Assembly: GCA_964057225.1 (NCBI GenBank)
Contig: CAXKVF010000086.1
Span: forward strand, 193,946-257,945
Reading direction: 5' to 3'
Length of the DNA: 64,000 nucleotides
Source: Auanema rhodensis
Taxonomy: Eukaryota > Animalia > Nematoda
Shown: piece after piece, positions 40,657 through 55,440 of the stretch
How positions within the stretch are numbered: the first letter of the stretch is position 1
Layout of the letters: each line of letters starts with the position of its first letter
Made by a program: the position numbers and the translations under genes
Notes under the pieces: model-generated
The model's database searches: none
What the model saw: only the letters and a program-made list of their open reading frames with translations
Told to the model about the DNA's origin: nothing

Positions 40657-42944
40657 GGAATCTAATTTTGAAAACCGCATCTCTTTATCTTTCACGTGAA
40701 GCGAGTTACATACCAAGTGCACATCACGTGTACATTTAATTAGCATAAATTAAAGTTCACGTAAATTTCAAAGTCATGGTTACCATGAACCAATATCAAT
40801 AAAAATTTGTTTTTAGACTAATATGGACATGGGGAATCTAATTTTGAAAACCGCATCTCTTTATCTTTCACGTGAAGCGAGTTACATACCAAGTGCACAT
40901 CACGTGTACATTTAATTAGCATAAATTAAAGTTCACGTAAATTTCAAAGTCATGGTTACCATGCACCAATATCAATAAAAATTTGTTTTTAGACTTATAT
41001 GGACATGGGGAATCTAATTTTGAAAACCGCATCTCTTTATCTTTCACGTGAAGCGAGTTACATACCAAGTGCACATCACGTGTACATTTAATTAGCATAA
41101 ATTAAAGTTCACGTAAATTTCAAAGTCATGGTTACCATGCACCAATATCAATAAAAATTTGTTTTTAGACTAATATGGACATGGGGAATCTAATTTTGAA
41201 AACCGCATCTCTTTATCTTTCACGTGAAGCGAGTTACATACCAAGTGCACATCACGTGTACATTTAATTAGCATAAATTAAAGTTCACGTAAATTTCAAA
41301 GTCATGGTTACCATGCACCAATATCAATAAAAATTTGTTTTTAGACTAATATGGACATGGGGAATCTAATTTTGAAAACCGCATCTCTTTATCTTTCACG
41401 TGAAGCGAGTTACATACCAAGTGCACATCACGTGTACATTTAATTAGCATAAATTAAAGTTCACGTAAATTTCAAAGTCATGGTTACCATGCACCAATAT
41501 CAATAAAAATTTGTTTTTAGACTAATATGGACATGGGGAATCTAATTTTGAAAACCGCATCTCTTTATCTTTCACGTGAAGCGAGTTACATACCAAGTGC
41601 ACATCACGTGTACATTTAATTAGCATAAATTAAAGTTCACGTAAATTTCAAAGTCATGGTTACCATGAACCAATATCAATAAAAATTTGTTTTTAGACTA
41701 ATATGGACATGGAGAATCTAATTTTGAAAACCGCATCTCTTTATCTTTCACGTGAAGCGAGTTACATACCAAGTGCACATCACGTGTACATTTAATTAGC
41801 ATAAATTAAAGTTCACGTAAATTTCAAAGTCATGGTTACCATGAACCAATATCAATAAAAATTTGTTTTTAGACTAATATGGACATGGGGAATCTAATTT
41901 TGAAAACCGCATCTCTTTATCTTTCACGTGAAGCGAGTTACATACCAAGTGCACATCACGTGTACATTTAATTAGCATAAATTAAAGTTCACGTAAATTT
42001 CAAAGTCATGGTTACCATGCACCAATATCAATAAAAATTTGTTTTTAGACTTATATGGACATGGGGAATCTAATTTTGAAAACCGCATCTCTTTATCTTT
42101 CACGTGAAGCGAGTTACATACCAAGTGCACATCACGTGTACATTTAATTAGCATAAATTAAAGTTCACGTAAATTTCAAAGTCATGGTTACCATGCACCA
42201 ATATCAATAAAAATTTGTTTTTAGACTAATATGGACATGGGGAATCTAATTTTGAAAACCGCATCTCTTTATCTTTCACGTGAAGCGAGTTACATACCAA
42301 GTGCACATCACGTGTACATTTAATTAGCATAAATTAAAGTTCACGTAAATTTCAAAGTCATGGTTACCATGCACCAATATCAATAAAAATTTGTTTTTAG
42401 ACTAATATGGACATGGGGAATCTAATTTTGAAAACCGCATCTCTTTATCTTTCACGTGAAGCGAGTTACATACCAAGTGCACATCACGTGTACATTTAAT
42501 TAGCATAAATTAAAGTTCACGTAAATTTCAAAGTCATGGTTACCATGCACCAATATCAATAAAAATTTGTTTTTAGACTAATATGGACATGGGGAATCTA
42601 ATTTTGAAAACCGCATCTCTTTATCTTTCACGTGAAGCGAGTTACATACCAAGTGCACATCACGTGTACATTTAATTAGCATAAATTAAAGTTCACGTAA
42701 ATTTCAAAGTCATGGTTACCATGAACCAATATCAATAAAAATTTGTTTTTAGACTAATATGGACATGGAGAATCTAATTTTGAAAACCGCATCTCTTTAT
42801 CTTTCACGTGAAGCGAGTTACATACCAAGTGCACATCACGTGTACATTTAATTAGCATAAATTAAAGTTCACGTAAATTTCAAAGTCATGGTTACCATGC
42901 ACCAATATCAATAAAAATTTGTTTTTAGACTAATATGGACATGG
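40657..42944. repeat. Tandem duplication of a 6-monomer (1056-bp) unit, about M232-238 / M238-244
   Basis: A164T at 40996 and 42052; G1A at 41713 and 42769. The 1056-bp offset equals the spacing of the first two ORF-track calls. Confidence 0.88.
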
Positions 42945-44352
42945 GGAATCTAATTTTGAAAACCGCATCTCTTTATCTTTCACGTGAAGCGAGTTACATA
43001 CCAAGTGCACATCACGTGTACATTTAATTAGCATAAATTAAAGTTCACGTAAATTTCAAAGTCATGGTTACCATGCACCAATATCAATAAAAATTTGTTT
43101 TTAGACTAATATGGACATGGGGAATCTAATTTTGAAAACCGCATCTCTTTATCTTTCACGTGAAGCGAGTTACATACCAAGTGCACATCACGTGTACATT
43201 TAATTAGCATAAATTAAAGTTCACGTAAATTTCAAAGTCATGGTTACCATGCACCAATATCAATAAAAATTTGTTTTTAGACTAATATGGACATGGGGAA
43301 TCTAATTTTGAAAACCGCATCTCTTCATCTTTCACGTGAAGCGAGTTACATACCAAGTGCACATCACGTGTACATTTAATTAGCATAAATTAAAGTTCAC
43401 GTAAATTTCAAAGTCATGGTTACCATGCACCAATATCAATAAAAATTTGTTTTTAGACTAATATGGACATGGGGAATCTAATTTTGAAAACCGCATCTCT
43501 TCATCTTTTACGTGAAGCGAGTTACATACCAAGTGCACATCACGTGTACATTTAATGAGCATAAATTAAAGTTCACGTAAATTTCAAAGTCATGGTTACC
43601 ATGAACTAATATCAATAAAAATTTGTTTTTAGACTAATATGGACATGGGGAATCTAATTTTGAAAACCGCATCTCTTTATCTTTCACGTGAAGCGAGTTA
43701 CATACCAAGTGCACATCACGTGTACATTTAATTAGCATAAATTAAAGTTCACGTAAATTTCAAAGTCATGGTTACCATGCACCAATATCAATAAAAATTT
43801 GTTTTTAAACTAATATGGACATGGGGAATCTAATTTTGAAAACCGCATCTCTTTATCTTTCACGTGAAGCGAGTTACATACCAAGTGCACATCACGTGTA
43901 CATTTAATTAGCATAAATTAAAGTTCACGTAAATTTCAAAGTCATGGTTACCATGCACCAATATCAATAAAAATTTGTTTTTAGACTAATATGGACATGG
44001 GGAATCTAATTTTGAAAACCGCATCTCCTTATCTTTCACGTGAAGCGAGTTACATACCAAGTGCACATCACGTGTACATTTAATTAGCATAAATTAAAGT
44101 TCACGTAAATTTCAAAGTCATGGTTACCATGAACCAATATCAATAAAAATTTGTTTTTAGACTAATATGGAGATGGGGAATCTAATTTTGAAAACCGCAT
44201 CTCTTTATCTTTCACGTGAAGCGAGTTACATACCAAGTGCTCATCACGTGTACATTTAATTAGCATAAATTAAAGTTCACGTAAATTTCAAAGTCATGGT
44301 TACCATGAACCAATATCAATAAAAATTTGTTTTTAGACTAATATGGACATGG

Positions 44353-47300
44353 GGAATCTAATTTTGAAAACCGCATCTCTTTATCTTTCACGTGAAGCGA
44401 GTTACATACCAAGTGCCCATCACGTGTACATTTAATTAGCATAAATTAAAGTTCACGTAAATTTCAAAGTCATGGTTACCATGCACCAATATCAATAAAA
44501 ATTTGTTTTTAGACTAATATGGACATGGGGAATCTAATTTTGAAAACCGCATCTCGTTATCTTTCACGTGAAGCGAGTTACATACCAAGTGCACATCACG
44601 TGTACATTTAATTAGCATAAATTAAAGTTCACGTAAATTTCAAAGTCATGGTTACCATGAACCAATATCAATAAAAATTTGTTTTTAGACTAATATGGAC
44701 ATGGGGAATCTAATTTTGAAAACCGCATCTCTTTATCTTTCACGTGAAGCGAGTTACATACCAAGTGCTCATCACGTGTACATTTAATTAGCATAAATTA
44801 AAGTTCACGTAAATTTCAAAGTCATGGTTACCATGAACCAATATCAATAAAAATTTGTTTTTAGACTAATATGGACATGGGGAATCTAATTTTGAAAACC
44901 GCATCTCTTTATCTTTCACGTGAAGCGAGTTACATACCAAGTGCCCATCACGTGTACATTTAATTAGCATAAATTAAAGTTCACGTAAATTTCAAAGTCA
45001 TGGTTACCATGCACCAATATCAATAAAAATTTGTTTTTAGACTAATATGGACATGGGGAATCTAATTTTGAAAACCGCATCTCGTTATCTTTCACGTGAA
45101 GCGAGTTACATACCAAGTGCACATCACGTGTACATTTAATTAGCATAAATTAAAGTTCACGTAAATTTCAAAGTCATGGTTACCATGCACCAATATCAAT
45201 AAAAATTTGTTTTTAGACTAATATGGACATGGGGAATCTAATTTTGAAAACCGCATCTCTTTATCTTTCACGTGAAGCGAGTTACATACCAAGTGCACAT
45301 CACGTGTACATTTAATTAGCATAAATTAAAGTTCACGTAAATCTCAAAGTCATGGTTACCATGCACCAATATCAATAAAAATTTGTTTTTAGACTAATAT
45401 GGACATGGGGAATCTAATTTTGAAAACCGCATCTCTTTATCTTTCACGTGAAGCGAGTTACATACCAAGTGCACATCACGTGTACATTTAATTAGCATAA
45501 ATTAAAGTTCACGTAAATTTCAAAGTCATGGTTACCATGAACCAATATCAATAAAAATTTGTTTTTAGACTAATATGGACATGGGGAATCTAATTTTTAA
45601 AACCGCATCTCTTTATCTTTCACGTGAAGCGAGTTACATACCAAGTGCACATCACGTGTACATTTAATTAGCATAAATTAAAGTTCACGTAAATTTCAAA
45701 GTCATGGTTACCATGAACCAATATCAATAAAAATTTGTTTTTAGACTAATATGGACATGGGGAATCTAATTTTGAAAACCGCATCTCGTTATCTTTCACG
45801 TGAAGCGAGTTACATACCAAGTGCACATCACGTGTACATTTAATTAGCATAAATTAAAGTTCACGTAAATTTCAAAGTCATGGTTACCATGCACCAATAT
45901 CAATAAAAATTTGTTTTTAGACTAATATGGACATGGGGAATCTAATTTTGAAAACCGCATCTCTTTATCTTTCACGTGAAGCGAGTTACATACCAAGTGC
46001 ACATCACGTGTACATTTAATTAGCATAAATTAAAGTTCACGTAAATTTCAAAGTCATGGTTACCATGCACCAATATCAATAAAAATTTGTTTTTAGACTA
46101 ATATGGACATGGGGAATCTAATTTTGAAAACCGCATCTCTTTATCTTTCACGTGAAGCGAGTTACATACCAAGTGCACATCACGTGTACATTTAATTAGC
46201 ATAAATTAAAGTTCACGTAAATTTCAAAGTCATGGTTACCATGAACCAATATCAATAAAAATTTGTTTTTAGACTAATATGGACATGGGGAATCTAATTT
46301 TGAAAACCGCATCTCTTTATCTTTCACGTGAAGCGAGTTACATACCAAGTGCACATCACGTGTACATTTAATTAGCATAAATTAAAGTTCACGTAAATTT
46401 CAAAGTCATGGTTACCATGAACCAATATCAATAAAAATTTGTTTTTAGACTAATATGGACATGGGGAATCTAATTTTGAAAACCGCATCTCTTTATCTTT
46501 CACGTGAAGCGAGTTACATACCAAGTGCCCATCACGTGTACATTTAATTAGCATAAATTAAAGTTCACGTAAATTTCAAAGTCATGGTTACCATGCACCA
46601 ATATCAATAAAAATTTGTTTTTAGACTAATATGGACATGGGGAATCTAATTTTGAAAACCGCATCTCCTTATCTTTCACGTGAAGCGAGTTACATACCAA
46701 GTGCACATCACGTGTACATTTAATTAGCATAAATTAAAGTTCACGTAAATCTCAAAGTCATGGTTACCATGCACCAATATCAATAAAAATTTGTTTTTAG
46801 ACTAATATGGACATGGGGAATCTAATTTTGAAAACCGCATCTCTTTATCTTTCACGTGAAGCGAGTTACATACCAAGTGCACATCACGTGTACATTTAAT
46901 TAGCATAAATTAAAGTTCACGTAAATTTCAAAGTCATGGTTACCATGAACCAATATCAATAAAAATTTGTTTTTAGACTAATATTGACATGGGGAATCTA
47001 ATTTTGAAAACCGCATCTCGTTATCTTTCACGTGAAGCGAGTTACATACCAAGTGCACATCACGTGTACATTTAATTAGCATAAATTAAAGTTCACGTAA
47101 ATTTCAAAGTCATGGTTACCATGCACCAATATCAATAAAAATTTGTTTTTAGACTAATATGGACATGGGGAATCTAATTTTGAAAACCGCATCTCTTTAT
47201 CTTTCACGTGAAGCGAGTTACATACCAAGTGCACATCACGTGTACATTTAATTAGCATAAATTAAAGTTCACGTAAATTTCAAAGTCATGGTTACCATGC

Positions 47301-50300
47301 ACCAATATCAATAAAAATTTGTTTTTAGACTAATATGGACATGGGGAATCTAATTTTGAAAACCGCATCTCTTTATCTTTCACGTGAAGCGAGTTACATA
47401 CCAAGTGCACATCACGTGTACATTTAATTAGCATAAATTAAAGTTCACGTAAATTTCAAAGTCATGGTTACCATGCACCAATATCAATAAAAATTTGTTT
47501 TTAGACTAATATGGACATGGGGAATCTAATTTTGAAAACCGCATCTCGTTATCTTTCACGTGAAGCGAGTTACATACCAAGTGCACATCACGTGTACATT
47601 TAATTAGCATAAATTAAAGTTCACGTAAATTTCAAAGTCATGGTTACCATGCACCAATATCAATAAAAATTTGTTTTTAGACTAATATGGACATGGGGAA
47701 TCTAATTTTGAAAACCGCATCTCTTTATCTTTCACGTGAAGCGAGTTACATACCAAGTGCACATCACGTGTACATTTAATTAGCATAAATTAAAGTTCAC
47801 GTAAATTTCAAAGTCATGGTTACCATGCACCAATATCAATAAAAATTTGTTTTTAGACTAATATGGACATGGGGAATCTAATTTTGAAAACCGCATCTCT
47901 TTATCTTTCACGTGAAGCGAGTTACATACCAAGTGCCCATCACGTGTACATTTAATTAGCATAAATTAAAGTTCACGTAAATTTCAAAGTCATGGTTACC
48001 ATGCACCAATATCAATAAAAATTTGTTTTTAGACTAATATGGACATGGGGAATCTAATTTTGAAAACCGCATCTCGTTATCTTTCACGTGAAGCGAGTTA
48101 CATACCAAGTGCACATCACGTGTACATTTAATTAGCATAAATTAAAGTTCACGTAAATTTCAAAGTCATGGTTACCATGAACCAATATCAATAAAAATTT
48201 GTTTTTAGACTAATATGGACATGGGGAATCTAATTTTGAAAACCGCATCTCTTTATCTTTCACGTGAAGCGAGTTACATACCAAGTGCACATCACGTGTA
48301 CATTTAATTAGCATAAATTAAAGTTCACGTAAATTTCAAAGTCATGGTTACCATGAACCAATATCAATAAAAATTTGTTTTTAGACTAATATGGACATGG
48401 GGAATCTAATTTTGAAAACCGCATCTCGTTATCTTTCACGTGAAGCGAGTTACATACCAAGTGCACATCACGTGTACATTTAATTAGCATAAATTAAAGT
48501 TCACGTAAATTTCAAAGTCATGGTTACCATGCACCAATATCAATAAAAATTTGTTTTTAGACTAATATGGACATGGGGAATCTAATTTTGAAAACCGCAT
48601 CTCTTTATCTTTCACGTGAAGCGAGTTACATACCAAGTGCACATCACGTGTACATTTAATTAGCATAAATTAAAGTTCACGTAAATTTCAAAGTCATGGT
48701 TACCATGCACCAATATCAATAAAAATTTGTTTTTAGACTAATATGGACATGGGGAATCTAATTTTGAAAACCGCATCTCTTTATCTTTCACGTGAAGCGA
48801 GTTACATACCAAGTGCACATCACGTGTACATTTAATTAGCATAAATTAAAGTTCACGTAAATTTCAAAGTCATGGTTACCATGAACCAATATCAATAAAA
48901 ATTTGTTTTTAGACTAATATGGACATGGGGAATCTAATTTTGAAAACCGCATCTCTTTATCTTTCACGTGAAGCGAGTTACATACCAAGTGCACATCACG
49001 TGTACATTTAATTAGCATAAATTAAAGTTCACGTAAATTTCAAAGTCATGGTTACCATGAACCAATATCAATAAAAATTTGTTTTTAGACTAATATGGAC
49101 ATGGGGAATCTAATTTTGAAAACCGCATCTCTTTATCTTTCACGTGAAGCGAGTTACATACCAAGTGCCCATCACGTGTACATTTAATTAGCATAAATTA
49201 AAGTTCACGTAAATTTCAAAGTCATGGTTACCATGCACCAATATCAATAAAAATTTGTTTTTAGACTAATATGGACATGGGGAATCTAATTTTGAAAACC
49301 GCATCTCTTTATCTTTCACGTGAAGCGAGTTACATACCAAGTGCACATCACGTGTACATTTAATTAGCATAAATTAAAGTTCACGTAAATTTCAAAGTCA
49401 TGGTTACCATGAACCAATATCAATAAAAATTTGTTTTTAGACTAATATTGACATGGGGAATCTAATTTTGAAAACCGCATCTCGTTATCTTTCACGTGAA
49501 GCGAGTTACATACCAAGTGCACATCACGTGTACATTTAATTAGCATAAATTAAAGTTCACGTAAATTTCAAAGTCATGGTTACCATGCACCAATATCAAT
49601 AAAAATTTGTTTTTAGACTAATATGGACATGGGGAATCTAATTTTGAAAACCGCATCTCTTTATCTTTCACGTGAAGCGAGTTACATACCAAGTGCACAT
49701 CACGTGTACATTTAATTAGCATAAATTAAAGTTCACGTAAATTTCAAAGTCATGGTTACCATGCACCAATATCAATAAAAATTTGTTTTTAGACTAATAT
49801 GGACATGGGGAATCTAATTTTGAAAACCGCATCTCTTTATCTTTCACGTGAAGCGAGTTACATACCAAGTGCACATCACGTGTACATTTAATTAGCATAA
49901 ATTAAAGTTCACGTAAATTTCAAAGTCATGGTTACCATGCACCAATATCAATAAAAATTTGTTTTTAGACTAATATGGACATGGGGAATCTAATTTTGAA
50001 AACCGCATCTCGTTATCTTTCACGTGAAGCGAGTTACATACCAAGTGCACATCACGTGTACATTTAATTAGCATAAATTAAAGTTCACGTAAATTTCAAA
50101 GTCATGGTTACCATGCACCAATATCAATAAAAATTTGTTTTTAGACTAATATGGACATGGGGAATCTAATTTTGAAAACCGCATCTCTTTATCTTTCACG
50201 TGAAGCGAGTTACATACCAAGTGCACATCACGTGTACATTTAATTAGCATAAATTAAAGTTCACGTAAATTTCAAAGTCATGGTTACCATGCACCAATAT

Positions 50301-53300
50301 CAATAAAAATTTGTTTTTAGACTAATATGGACATGGGGAATCTAATTTTGAAAACCGCATCTCTTTATCTTTCACGTGAAGCGAGTTACATACCAAGTGC
50401 CCATCACGTGTACATTTAATTAGCATAAATTAAAGTTCACGTAAATTTCAAAGTCATGGTTACCATGCACCAATATCAATAAAAATTTGTTTTTAGACTA
50501 ATATGGACATGGGGAATCTAATTTTGAAAACCGCATCTCGTTATCTTTCACGTGAAGCGAGTTACATACCAAGTGCACATCACGTGTACATTTAATTAGC
50601 ATAAATTAAAGTTCACGTAAATTTCAAAGTCATGGTTACCATGAACCAATATCAATAAAAATTTGTTTTTAGACTAATATGGACATGGGGAATCTAATTT
50701 TGAAAACCGCATCTCTTTATCTTTCACGTGAAGCGAGTTACATACCAAGTGCTCATCACGTGTACATTTAATTAGCATAAATTAAAGTTCACGTAAATTT
50801 CAAAGTCATGGTTACCATGAACCAATATCAATAAAAATTTGTTTTTAGACTAATATGGACATGGGGAATCTAATTTTGAAAACCGCATCTCTTTATCTTT
50901 CACGTGAAGCGAGTTACATACCAAGTGCCCATCACGTGTACATTTAATTAGCATAAATTAAAGTTCACGTAAATTTCAAAGTCATGGTTACCATGCACCA
51001 ATATCAATAAAAATTTGTTTTTAGACTAATATGGACATGGGGAATCTAATTTTGAAAACCGCATCTCGTTATCTTTCACGTGAAGCGAGTTACATACCAA
51101 GTGCACATCACGTGTACATTTAATTAGCATAAATTAAAGTTCACGTAAATTTCAAAGTCATGGTTACCATGCACCAATATCAATAAAAATTTGTTTTTAG
51201 ACTAATATGGACATGGGGAATCTAATTTTGAAAACCGCATCTCTTTATCTTTCACGTGAAGCGAGTTACATACCAAGTGCACATCACGTGTACATTTAAT
51301 TAGCATAAATTAAAGTTCACGTAAATCTCAAAGTCATGGTTACCATGCACCAATATCAATAAAAATTTGTTTTTAGACTAATATGGACATGGGGAATCTA
51401 ATTTTGAAAACCGCATCTCTTTATCTTTCACGTGAAGCGAGTTACATACCAAGTGCACATCACGTGTACATTTAATTAGCATAAATTAAAGTTCACGTAA
51501 ATTTCAAAGTCATGGTTACCATGAACCAATATCAATAAAAATTTGTTTTTAGACTAATATGGACATGGGGAATCTAATTTTTAAAACCGCATCTCTTTAT
51601 CTTTCACGTGAAGCGAGTTACATACCAAGTGCACATCACGTGTACATTTAATTAGCATAAATTAAAGTTCACGTAAATTTCAAAGTCATGGTTACCATGA
51701 ACCAATATCAATAAAAATTTGTTTTTAGACTAATATGGACATGGGGAATCTAATTTTGAAAACCGCATCTCGTTATCTTTCACGTGAAGCGAGTTACATA
51801 CCAAGTGCACATCACGTGTACATTTAATTAGCATAAATTAAAGTTCACGTAAATTTCAAAGTCATGGTTACCATGCACCAATATCAATAAAAATTTGTTT
51901 TTAGACTAATATGGACATGGGGAATCTAATTTTGAAAACCGCATCTCTTTATCTTTCACGTGAAGCGAGTTACATACCAAGTGCACATCACGTGTACATT
52001 TAATTAGCATAAATTAAAGTTCACGTAAATTTCAAAGTCATGGTTACCATGCACCAATATCAATAAAAATTTGTTTTTAGACTAATATGGACATGGGGAA
52101 TCTAATTTTGAAAACCGCATCTCTTTATCTTTCACGTGAAGCGAGTTACATACCAAGTGCACATCACGTGTACATTTAATTAGCATAAATTAAAGTTCAC
52201 GTAAATTTCAAAGTCATGGTTACCATGAACCAATATCAATAAAAATTTGTTTTTAGACTAATATGGACATGGGGAATCTAATTTTGAAAACCGCATCTCT
52301 TTATCTTTCACGTGAAGCGAGTTACATACCAAGTGCACATCACGTGTACATTTAATTAGCATAAATTAAAGTTCACGTAAATTTCAAAGTCATGGTTACC
52401 ATGAACCAATATCAATAAAAATTTGTTTTTAGACTAATATGGACATGGGGAATCTAATTTTGAAAACCGCATCTCTTTATCTTTCACGTGAAGCGAGTTA
52501 CATACCAAGTGCCCATCACGTGTACATTTAATTAGCATAAATTAAAGTTCACGTAAATTTCAAAGTCATGGTTACCATGCACCAATATCAATAAAAATTT
52601 GTTTTTAGACTAATATGGACATGGGGAATCTAATTTTGAAAACCGCATCTCCTTATCTTTCACGTGAAGCGAGTTACATACCAAGTGCACATCACGTGTA
52701 CATTTAATTAGCATAAATTAAAGTTCACGTAAATCTCAAAGTCATGGTTACCATGCACCAATATCAATAAAAATTTGTTTTTAGACTAATATGGACATGG
52801 GGAATCTAATTTTGAAAACCGCATCTCTTTATCTTTCACGTGAAGCGAGTTACATACCAAGTGCACATCACGTGTACATTTAATTAGCATAAATTAAAGT
52901 TCACGTAAATTTCAAAGTCATGGTTACCATGAACCAATATCAATAAAAATTTGTTTTTAGACTAATATTGACATGGGGAATCTAATTTTGAAAACCGCAT
53001 CTCGTTATCTTTCACGTGAAGCGAGTTACATACCAAGTGCACATCACGTGTACATTTAATTAGCATAAATTAAAGTTCACGTAAATTTCAAAGTCATGGT
53101 TACCATGCACCAATATCAATAAAAATTTGTTTTTAGACTAATATGGACATGGGGAATCTAATTTTGAAAACCGCATCTCTTTATCTTTCACGTGAAGCGA
53201 GTTACATACCAAGTGCACATCACGTGTACATTTAATTAGCATAAATTAAAGTTCACGTAAATTTCAAAGTCATGGTTACCATGCACCAATATCAATAAAA

Positions 53301-53328
53301 ATTTGTTTTTAGACTAATATGGACATGG
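44353..53328. repeat. Higher-order duplication of a 17-monomer block: 44353-47344 (M253-269) = 50337-53328 (M287-303); offset 34 monomers (5984 bp), with partial copies in between
   Basis: Ordered string A65C; T28G+132A; A65T+132A; A65C; T28G; T111C; 132A; G14T+132A; T28G; ...; T28C+T111C; 132A+G169T; T28G is present in both copies. The interval holds M261-265 = M276-280 (offset 15) and M267-274 = M281-288 (offset 14). Confidence 0.9.
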
Positions 53329-55440
53329 GGAATCTAATTTTGAAAACCGCATCTCTTTATCTTTCACGTGAAGCGAGTTACATACCAAGTGCACATCACG
53401 TGTACATTTAATTAGCATAAATTAAAGTTCACGTAAATTTCAAAGTCATGGTTACCATGAACCAATATCAATAAAAATTTGTTTTTAGACTAATATGGAC
53501 ATGGGGAATCTAATTTTGAAAACCGCATCTCTTTATCTTTCACGTGAAGCGAGTTACATACCAAGTGCACATCACGTGTACATTTAATTAGCATAAATTA
53601 AAGTTCACGTAAATTTCAAAGTCATGGTTACCATGCACCAATATCAATAAAAATTTGTTTTTAGACTAATATGGACATGGGGAATCTAATTTTGAAAACC
53701 TCATCTCTTTATCTTTCACGTGAAGCGAGTTACATACCAAGTGCACATCACGTGTACATTTAATTAGCATAAATTAAAGTTCACGTAAATTTCAAAGTCA
53801 TGGTTACCATGAACCAATATCAATAAAAATTTGTTTTTAGACTAATATGGACATGGGGAATCTAATTTTGAAAACCGCATCTCTTTATCTTTCACGTGAA
53901 GCGAGTTACATACCAAGTGCACATCACGTGTACATTTAATTAGCATAAATTAAAGTTCACGTAAATTTCAAAGTCATGGTTACCATGAACCAATATCAAT
54001 AAAAATTTGTTTTTAGACTAATATGGACATGGGGAATCTAATTTTGAAAACCGCATCTCTTTATCTTTCACGTGAAGCGAGTTACATACCAAGTGCCCAT
54101 CACGTGTACATTTAATTAGCATAAATTAAAGTTCACGTAAATTTCAAAGTCATGGTTACCATGCACCAATATCAATAAAAATTTGTTTTTAGACTAATAT
54201 GGACATGGGGAATCTAATTTTGAAAACCGCATCTCCTTATCTTTCACGTGAAGCGAGTTACATACCAAGTGCACATCACGTGTACATTTAATTAGCATAA
54301 ATTAAAGTTCACGTAAATCTCAAAGTCATGGTTACCATGCACCAATATCAATAAAAATTTGTTTTTAGACTAATATGGACATGGGGAATCTAATTTTGAA
54401 AACCGCATCTCTTTATCTTTCACGTGAAGCGAGTTACATACCAAGTGCACATCACGTGTACATTTAATTAGCATAAATTAAAGTTCACGTAAATTTCAAA
54501 GTCATGGTTACCATGAACCAATATCAATAAAAATTTGTTTTTAGACTAATATTGACATGGGGAATCTAATTTTGAAAACCGCATCTCGTTATCTTTCACG
54601 TGAAGCGAGTTACATACCAAGTGCACATCACGTGTACATTTAATTAGCATAAATTAAAGTTCACGTAAATTTCAAAGTCATGGTTACCATGCACCAATAT
54701 CAATAAAAATTTGTTTTTAGACTAATATGGACATGGGGAATCTAATTTTGAAAACCGCATCTCTTTATCTTTCACGTGAAGCGAGTTACATACCAAGTGC
54801 ACATCACGTGTACATTTAATTAGCATAAATTAAAGTTCACGTAAATTTCAAAGTCATGGTTACCATGCACCAATATCAATAAAAATTTGTTTTTAGACTA
54901 ATATGGACATGGGGAATCTAATTTTGAAAACCGCATCTCTTTATCTTTCACGTGAAGCGAGTTACATACCAAGTGCACATCACGTGTACATTTAATTAGC
55001 ATAAATTAAAGTTCACGTAAATTTCAAAGTCATGGTTACCATGAACCAATATCAATAAAAATTTGTTTTTAGACTAATATGGACATGGGGAATCTAATTT
55101 TGAAAACCGCATCTCTTTATCTTTCACGTGAAGCGAGTTACATACCAAGTGCACATCACGTGTACATTTAATTAGCATAAATTAAAGTTCACGTAAATTT
55201 CAAAGTCATGGTTACCATGCACCAATATCAATAAAAATTTGTTTTTAGACTAATATGGACATGGGGAATCTAATTTTGAAAACCTCATCTCTTTATCTTT
55301 CACGTGAAGCGAGTTACATACCAAGTGCACATCACGTGTACATTTAATTAGCATAAATTAAAGTTCACGTAAATTTCAAAGTCATGGTTACCATGAACCA
55401 ATATCAATAAAAATTTGTTTTTAGACTAATATGGACATGG
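52273..55440. repeat. Tandem duplication of a 9-monomer (1584-bp) unit, M298-306 / M307-315
   Basis: 132A; A65C; T28C+T111C; 132A+G169T; T28G; consensus; 132A; consensus; G21T+132A repeats at +1584 bp (G21T at 53701 and 55285). Confidence 0.9.

Noticed and set aside
40916-42154. Two 60-aa minus-strand ORFs (MLIKCTRDVH...PYKSKNK...)
   Set aside because: They are the satellite read in reverse. A164T (40996, 42052) converts the usual TAG stop to AAG, and the two copies are one event duplicated with the 6-mer. No recognisable domain or gene context.
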